NCBI RefSeq assembly: GCF_040938485.1
Contig: NW_027270946.1
Coordinates: forward strand, 3,844,001 to 3,908,000
Direction of reading: 5' to 3'
DNA length: 64,000 bases
From: Diadema antillarum
Lineage: Eukaryota
Part shown: positions 1 to 8,159 of the stretch, piece by piece
Numbering within the stretch: position 1 is the first letter of the stretch
Layout of the letters: each line of letters opens with the position of its first letter
Notes under the pieces: model-generated
Seen by the model: only the letters and a program-made list of their open reading frames with translations
What the model was told of the DNA's origin: nothing
Databases searched by the model: none
Made by a program: the position numbers and the translations under genes

Positions 1-2
1 TG

Positions 3-194
3 GGGAGGGGTTATGACCGCCGAACATCACATTCCAACCCCATGGCCGGTTCATCTGCACAGCCTTTTTTAGGGAAGGCTTGGAGGGGGAGACCTCGAGA
101 TCCTCCTCACACTTACACACCGACAGCAGCAAGGGAGGGTGGCAACAAGCAGCCAACCTACCACAGGCAGAGCCAAAGCCAGGGGAGGAAATAG
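3..194 (+). CDS. C-terminal end of DIRS gag-like ORF (partial)
   Basis: Open frame GRGYDRRTSHSNPMAGSSAQPFLGKAWRGRPRDPP...QSQGRK* ending at TAG 192-194; low-complexity R/G/P/Q tail overlapping the start of the pol frame. Confidence 0.6.
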   Translation, partial: GRGYDRRTSHSNPMAGSSAQPFLGKAWRGRPRDPPHTYTPTAAREGGNKQPTYHRQSQSQGRK

Positions 195-2140
195 AACAGG
201 TAGGTGACTATGAACACAACATAGATAACGATCTAGTTACAACACCAGCTGTCGTCGGAGGTCGTCTGAAGCCATTTTTCCCTGCTTGGGAAAATATCAC
301 GAGAGACTCACACATTATTCAAGCAGTTCAAGGCTATACAATAGAATTTGACTCAGAAAAATTTCCCCCTTCTCGAGAAAAACCTCTGCGCTCTTACAAG
401 CGGAATGCTGAAGAAACAGCCAAGATTGACCATGAGATTCTGGTTCTGGAAGAAAAACAGGTCATTGAAAAATGTGCCCATGAAGAAGGGGAATTTATTT
501 CAGAGGTTTTCACGAGACCAAAAAAGAATGGAGGAGTTCGATTAATTCTTGACCTGTCCGAACTCAACAAAAGTGTTCAGTACCAACACTTTAAAATGGA
601 TAATATTCAATCTGGTATTCTACTCCTCTCAAAAGGGTGTTATATGGCTTCAGTAGACCTCCGTGATGCATACTACACAATTCCCATTCACTTAGACTCT
701 CGTAAATATCTCCGCTTCGTATGGAGAAACCAATTGTGGCAGTTCAAAGCTTTGCCAAATGGCTTATCTTCCGCCCCAAGACTGTTCACCAAAATACTAA
801 AACCAGTGCTTGCCTTACTAAGACAACAGGGGCACACAGTTTTGTCGTACTTGGACGACACACTGATAATTGGGAACAATAAAGCAGACACTCGCTCAGC
901 AGTGCAAGCCACCACTGACCTTTTGACTAGTCTAGGGTTCATTATTCACTCAGAGAAATCGGTACTTGAACCATCCCGTGAGATTGAATTTCTGGGTTTC
1001 CATTTAAATACATCTGAAATGAGAATCACCCTCCCAGCCAGTAAAAGCAATGACATTCAAGATGCATGTCGATCCTTACTTGCTAATAACAAACCTAGTA
1101 TCCGGGAGGTAGCTAAAGTCATTGGGAAGATTGTGGCTGCCTTACCAGCATCTCAGTACGGCCCCTTGCATTACAGGCAGCTGGAAAGGGAAAAAATCAG
1201 AGCCCTGAGAAAACAGAAAGGACATTTCGATAGACATATGAGCCTATCAAATAGAGCCAAGGCGGAACTAGTTTGGTGGTCATCCCATGCACATCTCGTG
1301 TCTAAACCCCTGTACCCAGGGAAAGTATCAAAAGAAATAAGAACAGATGCTAGTGGACAAGGTTGGGGTGCCACAGACCTGCAATCCAAGACAGGTGGTA
1401 GATGGAATGCTCAAGAATTAGCAAGAGCAGCAGGTAATGAAATAAACTATCTGGAAATGCTAGCAGCCGGTTTGGGACTCAAAAGCTTCTGTTCAAATGT
1501 CAGAGATGCACATATACTGTTGAGATTAGACAACACCACAGCGGTGACATACTTGAATAACATGGGCGGCGTCAAGTCTGAAGCATGTAACGAAATGGCG
1601 TTGCAAATTTGGGATTGGTGCAGTAGACGACAAATTTGGATAACAGCATCTCACTTAGCAGGCTCTAAGAACACAGAAGCTGATACGATGTCAAGGAAAT
1701 TCAATGACAATATAGAATGGATGCTAGACAAGACAATATTCAATGAGATAGTGCAGAGGTATGGGTTACCAAACGTAGACCTTTTTGCCACCAGACTGAA
1801 TGCCCAGCTCCCAACATACGTCTCCTGGAGACCAGATCCAGGGGCATGGGCAGTAGACGCATTCACTATTGACTGGGGACCCCTAGTATTTTATGCGTTT
1901 CCCCCATTTAGCTTGGTTGCAAAGTGTCTCCAAAAAATCAGACAAGATGGCGCTAGGGGAATTTTGATAGTGCCAAATTGGCCAACACAGCCCTGGTATA
2001 CCGTACTACGTAACATGCTATTGGAGGAGCCCTGGGTATTGCGAAAACACCAGTTGTTAACCCAACCCATTACAGGTAGACCCCATCCACTTACACATCT
2101 CTCCCTCTTATGTTGCAGGGTTGGAGCAAACATTTCATAG
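80..2140 (+). CDS. DIRS pol: reverse transcriptase, RNase H and methyltransferase-like domain
   Basis: RT motifs ILDLSELN, VDLRDAY, LPNGLSSAP, YLDD. RNase H motifs TDAS, INYLEM, LDNTTAV, NTEADTMSR. MT-like motifs VDLFATRLN and YAFPPF. The frame is open from 17 but has no ATG until inside RT; the start at 80 is TTG. Confidence 0.95.
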   Translation: MEGETSRSSSHLHTDSSKGGWQQAANLPQAEPKPGEEIEQVGDYEHNIDNDLVTTPAVVGGRLKPFFPAWENITRDSHIIQAVQGYTIEFDSEKFPPSREKPLRSYKRNAEETAKIDHEILVLEEKQVIEKCAHEEGEFISEVFTRPKKNGGVRLILDLSELNKSVQYQHFKMDNIQSGILLLSKGCYMASVDLRDAYYTIPIHLDSRKYLRFVWRNQLWQFKALPNGLSSAPRLFTKILKPVLALLRQQGHTVLSYLDDTLIIGNNKADTRSAVQATTDLLTSLGFIIHSEKSVLEPSREIEFLGFHLNTSEMRITLPASKSNDIQDACRSLLANNKPSIREVAKVIGKIVAALPASQYGPLHYRQLEREKIRALRKQKGHFDRHMSLSNRAKAELVWWSSHAHLVSKPLYPGKVSKEIRTDASGQGWGATDLQSKTGGRWNAQELARAAGNEINYLEMLAAGLGLKSFCSNVRDAHILLRLDNTTAVTYLNNMGGVKSEACNEMALQIWDWCSRRQIWITASHLAGSKNTEADTMSRKFNDNIEWMLDKTIFNEIVQRYGLPNVDLFATRLNAQLPTYVSWRPDPGAWAVDAFTIDWGPLVFYAFPPFSLVAKCLQKIRQDGARGILIVPNWPTQPWYTVLRNMLLEEPWVLRKHQLLTQPITGRPHPLTHLSLLCCRVGANIS

Positions 2141-3120
2141 CTCAAGGACTGACGGAGGAGACTGCTGATATAATGGCAGCGTCTTGGAGGAAATCCACCA
2201 AGGAGCAGTATATGGTGTATATTAGGAAGTGGCAAAGGTTTTGTCATGAGCGTCACTTATGTTGGACCCATACGAAGGTGGGAAATTTGTTTGCGTTTTT
2301 TAATTCTATGTACAAAAATGGAGCAAGCTACAGCACCTTGAATACATCAAGGAGCGCACTAGCATCAGTTGTTCTTCTACGGGACGAGAAATACACCATT
2401 TCTACACATCCTTGGATTTCCCGGTACTTCAGGGGCATTTTTAATCTCCGACCACCCACTCCGAGATACAGCTTCATATGGGATGTGGGCAAGGTGCTGA
2501 GCTACCTCAGACAAGTAACTCCAGCTCATAAGATTTCGCTGTGTCAACTGACACACAAAGTATGTTTTTTACTAGCGTTGACTTCTGCCCAAAGAGTGCA
2601 AACACTTTCATACCTAACCCTTGACAATGTGAAGGCGTCCAAAGATTGTGTGGAAATAGCAGTGGCTGATTTGATAAAGCAGAGTCAACCTGGGAATGTG
2701 GGAGTGAAAGTAACACTGAAAGCCTTTCCCGAGGATAAGAAACTCTGTGTTGTACACTATGTTAAAGAATACATTAACAGAACAAGCACATTGAGGAAGG
2801 AGGTGAATGCACTATTTGTCACCTACAAGCAACCCCATGGGAAGGCATCAAAGCAAACCATCGCTCGATGGATAAAAACTGTGTTGAGAGCATCAGGTAT
2901 CGACACCGATCTCTTCAAAGCACATTCAACGAGATCGGCGGCAACCTCATCTGCCAAGAGGAATCATTTTCCAATAGCAGACATTCTCAAGCATGCTGGG
3001 TGGAAAAATGAATCCACGTTCAGGAATTTTTACCTTAAACCGGCATCCCAGGCAACATCTTTTGGACAAGCAGTTCTGGGACAACAGACCTCTAGGAAGG
3101 GACAAGATTCAGTCCTGTAA
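2110..3120 (+). CDS. DIRS tyrosine recombinase (YR)
   Basis: LALTSAQRVQTL (Arg), AHSTRSAA (H-x-x-R), HAGW, FRNFY (Tyr); 336 aa stop-free, overlapping the pol end by 31 nt in the -1 frame. Confidence 0.95.
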   Translation: MLQGWSKHFIAQGLTEETADIMAASWRKSTKEQYMVYIRKWQRFCHERHLCWTHTKVGNLFAFFNSMYKNGASYSTLNTSRSALASVVLLRDEKYTISTHPWISRYFRGIFNLRPPTPRYSFIWDVGKVLSYLRQVTPAHKISLCQLTHKVCFLLALTSAQRVQTLSYLTLDNVKASKDCVEIAVADLIKQSQPGNVGVKVTLKAFPEDKKLCVVHYVKEYINRTSTLRKEVNALFVTYKQPHGKASKQTIARWIKTVLRASGIDTDLFKAHSTRSAATSSAKRNHFPIADILKHAGWKNESTFRNFYLKPASQATSFGQAVLGQQTSRKGQDSVL

Positions 3121-3197
3121 ACATAGGTAAAGTTGCCCAAAAACTTTCTCTGACAATATATTTCTGTGAAAAATGACTACTGTGAAAATCTTTGAAG

Positions 3198-3346
3198 TCT
3201 CATATTACGCAAATTCAGCCAATGGCTAATGCGCAGCCAATGGCTGAATTCTCTACCGTACATTACGAGATAAAATAGAAAATTAAATGAAAAACATTGA
3301 AATTTAATTTGTATTTTATGAGTAATGGGAGGATAGAGAATTCAGC
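3198..3346. repeat. DIRS internal complementary region (ICR)
   Basis: 3198-3255 is a 58-bp direct repeat of 3474-3531; 3275-3346 is the 72-bp reverse complement of 3519-3590. Confidence 0.85.
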
Positions 3347-3473
3347 ACCCTCCGCTCCCTCCCTTACTCTGAACAGCCTTAAATGTGGCTTATACAAGAT
3401 CTATTTTATCTCGAAATATTTTTTTCACAGTAGTCATCAGCTTTTAAAGATGGCGATTGCGCGCGGAACGGCC

Positions 3474-3590
3474 TCTCATATTACGCAAATTCAGCCAATG
3501 GCTAATGCGCAGCCAATGGCTGAATTCTCTATCCTCCCATTACTCATAAAATACAAATTAAATTTCAATGTTTTTCATTTAATTTTCTAT
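3474..3590 (+). repeat. Outer part of DIRS right ITR plus right extension
   Basis: Complementarity to the ICR stops at ...AATTTTCTAT (3590), which defines the element's 3' end. Confidence 0.8.
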
Positions 3591-3643
3591 CAAGACACAC
3601 ACCTAGGGCACTTAGGAAAGAAGGGACACTGTCAGAGATATGT

Positions 3644-3868
3644 TACTGTATACGCTGTTATTTTCGCGTACGGATATTTTCGTGAATGACGAGGTCACAG
3701 TCATTTTCGCGAGATGTTGTTTTCGCGAATCGACGCCGATGCTTACGTTAATGCACTGTTAACAAAGCGCACTGAGACATTTTCACATGTTGTTAAATTC
3801 ACGATCCAACTGTGATTCGCAAAATTAAAGAGAATTAAACCCTCGCGAAAATAACAGCTTATACAGTA
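3644..3868. mobile_element. MITE with TA-CTGTA...TACAG-TA termini
   Basis: TIRs TACTGTATACGCTGTTATTTTCGCG / CGCGAAAATAACAGCTTATACAGTA (one mismatch); internal TTTTCGCG motifs. Confidence 0.85.
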
Positions 3869-4235
3869 CTTTTTGGGGTTATTTTTTAGGGGGGCTGGAT
3901 TTAGAACAAAGAAGGAAATACAAAATGTAAGCCTGAGGAGCAAAAGAGGATAAAATTCTGTTAAAAAAAGAAATCATTCTTTTTGGAAAATAGGCAGCAA
4001 AGAGAGAGAAATAAAAAAAAAAAAAAAAAGGAAGTAAGAGAAAGAGAGGGAAAGAGTCATTGCTTGCTTGAAGGTCATCACAATTTATCAGGCATTTGTG
4101 TAATTGAGAAACAGAGCTCTGCAAATCAGCATCGACTACATCTCTTCTTCCTGCAGCAGGAATTGATGAAAAGATGCCTCAGGTAAGAAAAATTTATTAC
4201 CACTTGAGCTGGGGAAAGTGAAAAAAAAAAAAAGA

Positions 4236-4312
4236 CACACACACACACACACGCGCGCGCGCACAGCAAGACAAATAAGCATATTGGTAGACGTAGAATT
4301 GAGAGAATATGG

Positions 4313-4357
<45 letters not shown>

Positions 4358-4395
4358 TGTGTGTGTGTGTGTGTGTTGTGTGTGTGTGTTTGTGT
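4236..4395. repeat. (CA)n(CG)n and (TG)n microsatellites
   Basis: Read directly from the sequence. Confidence 0.9.
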
Positions 4396-4657
4396 CTAAG
4401 ATAGAGAGAGAGAGAATTGAAAGGGGAGAGAGTGGGAGATCTTGTTTTGTAAGATGGATACCACTTTATACTGCCATGCAAATCAAAGCAATAAATGGCA
4501 AAGCCATCGAAGAAGAAGAAAGGTGCCCATAGAAATATGGCAGTTTGCATGGCAGTTAAGGGAGAAATAGCAATCTCATGTCATGCTAGCAGGGATGCAC
4601 ATATCATGGCATTACCAATAGTCAAAACATGATGGGATGTTGATTTTGGAACTTATG

Positions 4658-4750
4658 TTGACCCGTTGAGGATGGTTTGATTTTGCTACAGTACGCATTT
4701 CCCATAGACACCGGCCCGAGTATACTCAGGACTCGTCCTCAACGGGTTAA
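4658..4750 (-). mobile_element. ~85-bp piggyBac-like MITE, copy 1
   Basis: TTGA/TTAA flanks, CCCGTTGAGGA...TCCTCAACGGG termini; homologous to five other copies. Confidence 0.8.
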
Positions 4751-7700
4751 TATTCATGCAATTTTGACTTCCTTTTTGCATTGGATTATTGCAGATCATA
4801 CAGGTTTTCCAAAATGGCGTACCTGCAGTGTCAATTTCATATGCTGTAGGGGGGCATCTTTGCAGCGTTATGAGGGAAAGTCAAACGAATTGTATCTCTC
4901 CATGTACAAATTGTTGTGATAGGTGTTTGATACTATAAGCATGACATGCAAGCCATCATAATATGGGTAGGCAAACTGGAGGGGTAGCACTGCAGAGTTT
5001 ATGGCCATTTTGTCATGCATGATATTTCATGCTTGGCCCTCGTTGTACTGTGAAGCTGTGGCAGTTATCCCCCTTCTACGTCACTCGTCGTAATTAATGA
5101 AATATTCTGCTCGCGAAATGCGTTTGTAAACAAGGAGTTTGTTCGAGCAAGGGGGCATTGGGGCTCGGGAGAGGGGGGGGGGTTTGAGAGGAATCCGATT
5201 GACTCTGTGGAAAAATGGCCGATCTTGAATGGAGGCGGTAGGAAGCCGGATGTTTGCCTTTGCTCAAGGCTGTTGTTGACTGACGTTGTGTAGCTTTCCA
5301 CCGGGGAAAAGACGACGCAAAGTTCTCCTGCTAGCTAGATTAACTCGTGCGTTGTAAGGGTGCAGTGGGGTAAGGGGTGAATGCAGGCTGGATATATGTT
5401 TTAAAAAAAAAAAAAAAAAAAAAACTTATATTGGAGATAGGTAAGTGTAGCAGAGTAGGTGGATAATTTTAATGAATTCTCACCACATTTAACCCGTGAT
5501 TCTTGCTGCTGTTTTAACAGAATGGAGATTAAAATTCCCTCATATTCTCCCTAAAAAGATAACATACTCTCTACATGATATATTTAGCAAGTGTAATTTT
5601 TCATGAATCAGGACTTTCCAACCTTTCAGCTAGTGGTTATAGATTCGTGATCACGGAGTACAGCGGTGGATAAGAAACTGGCGTCATTCACTCATTTTAA
5701 GTAAGAATTGCACACATCCATTTACACAGTAAGCTCAACAAGACTTGGGTCTACTAAACTGTATCATCTATCATCACTCATGTCACATTCATGTGGGGAT
5801 CAGTGTTCATTTTTGCTGGTTGTTAAATTTTCAAATACATGTAGCACCCAACTCTCAAAATTTGCGAAAATACAAAAATGAGCGAAATGTATGGTGTGTA
5901 CAGTATTAGAATGTGTGAATAGTGCTGCAAGCCATGGAGCAAGTGAAGAATGAGGGATGAGATGAAGTAGCCAAGGATTAAAAAGTGGAGACTAGTCATG
6001 AATATATAATTCTCTCCCGTGAACGGCTCTTTATTTTAGGGGATCATGGATGCCCTGTCTTTGCGTGATTCGAAAATCCTCTCAAGCAGTAGTCGTGTGA
6101 AGTGTCGTACTCGTCTAGACAATTCTGATGCCACTTATTCATCACAGTGATTAATATCAGTGCTAGCATCACGCATTCTGAGTGATTGGGGTTAGTTTTG
6201 ATTACCAACAGTTTTTCCAAACGACCGTTCTTCCTTGATAGGAGGCGCAGACGGTGTCATCATTTCTGAGTGCTCTGTGAACAGTGTCTTCTCTCTGGCC
6301 TGGTACGAGGGCAGGCTTCCTTGCACGTTTCATATTTCCCGATCAAGTCGCGAACACTCCGCGACTCCCCTATCCCATCAAGAGTGATCTAGCTTCCTTC
6401 AGCTCATCATCTTGGTGGTTGCAATGTTTCGGTTAAAAATGCCACGGGAAATGAAATGTTGCTCTCTCTCTCTCTCTCACTCTCTCACTCTGCACAAATT
6501 GAGACCACATAGTATGAAGTGTGACACCTTCGGAGGGCATTTTACTTTCCCCGCCACATTTCCAGCTCACGAAATGACCTTTCTGTTATATGTCATTTAC
6601 TGTCAGCAGTGCAGTGATGTGGATATGTCTGGTTGTAAAATAACTACTCTGCCCACCATGTTCATGTCAGATTTAATAGATATCACATGGTTTTCATGTT
6701 CCTTAATCAATTATCTATTTTTGTATTTTGTATATAAGTCTATTTTTGTTTTCTTTGTTCATTCTCTGTCGATTTCATGTATTTATCTGTAGATTGATAG
6801 ATGGAAAGATTGACATAAATAGAGAGAAAGGAAGAAAGAGATGTAGATAGGTAGAGGGGTATTATGCATATGCGTATGCATAGTCTTTTTAGTGTAAGAA
6901 GAAGTTTAATGTTCAGAGCTCTCGTGAAAGAACTTTGTTGTAAACTTCTTTGCAGAGTTTGGTGGTGATAGTGTCACTGTCACGTGCGTCTGCCGTTTGT
7001 GGGGCGAAACTGATGAACCAATTCCTCGCACAGAGCCAAAAATTGTCGCGCTCTATCAGGTTTTAGACGTCATAATTTGATATCAGGGAAACTGATTGAA
7101 TTCGCCCCATCCCCATCGCACCCCTTTCTCACCACAGACTTCTCTCAGTGGTGACATGTAAACATGACCTGTCTCATGTATGTCTCCTGTATTTGTTGTA
7201 ATTTAATCACATATTTCCCTTCCATTGTGTTTGCCCAAGTACATTCTCTTGTATGCTCTTCTTTTTTAATACATTTTGTTTGTGCTCAGTCACCATGATT
7301 TGTAACATCATTCTCACATCCATGTCATGATGACAAAACAGAAAGAAAAAAAATCTCTACAGTTCAGTGAAATTATTTTGTTTAAGTTGAATACTTGAAT
7401 GTTAGAATGACCCATGCAAGTCCAAGTTTTGCTGATGTGTAGAGACAAGTTACAAACTAATGCAAATATAGATAAACATTCAAGTGACTGTTTTATTTTT
7501 TCATTATATATATATATATACCTAACATTCTCATCACTGAGGAAAAATAAAGAATATGATGCTTTTCTATTTTTTTTTTCAAAATTCTCTCTGCTGGTCT
7601 CAGGGCCTTTCTTATATTCAAGTATTCAAGACTTAAACAGTAGTCATTAAACTGATGGCCTAGGTTTTATAGTGCATCTCTGTTGGTGGTGCTAAGATGC

Positions 7701-8026
7701 TGTTAGCAAAATGGAGTGCAACTTATATCCCTGATGGCAACTGTTCTCCACTAGATCAAGATGTGATTAGCTCACTATTGTTGCACTTTCATTTAATCTT
7801 TCTTACTTTCTGCTTTTTCAATGTTCTCTGAATGTTGGCATCTAAATCATGAAATTACAAAGGTTTACATTTTCATTTAGTTATTGATTACTTCCAGTCA
7901 GTATTTGAGAATGTAAATGTTTCAAGCTCTCCCATTCCCTTTCATATTTCTGTGTGTGTGTCTGTGTGTGTGTTTATGTCTGTGTCTGTGTATCTGTGTC
8001 TGTGTCTGTGTCTGTGCATTTGTAAA

Positions 8027-8159
8027 NNNNNNNNNNNNNNNNNNNNNNNNNNNNNNNNNNNNNNNNNNNNNNNNNNNNNNNNNNNNNNNNNNNNNNNNNN
8101 NNNNNNNNNNNNNNNNNNNNNNNNNNNNNNNNNNNNNNNNNNNNNNNNNNNNNNNNNNN
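8027..8159. other. Assembly gap (N run) adjacent to a TG/TGTC microsatellite
   Basis: Run of N. Confidence 0.99.

Larger units (their letters stand above)
1..3590 (+). mobile_element. DIRS1-like tyrosine-recombinase retrotransposon; 5' part (left ITR, most of gag) lies upstream of the window
   Basis: Overlapping gag-end, RT-RNaseH-MT and YR ORFs, followed by an ICR (3198-3346) and a right terminus; 3519-3590 is the exact reverse complement of 3275-3346. Confidence 0.95.

Noticed and set aside
6040-6420. CpG-containing stretch with protein-like minus-strand snippets (SVRDLIGKYE...)
   Set aside because: Every frame is interrupted by stops, no recognisable domain, no clear splice pair.
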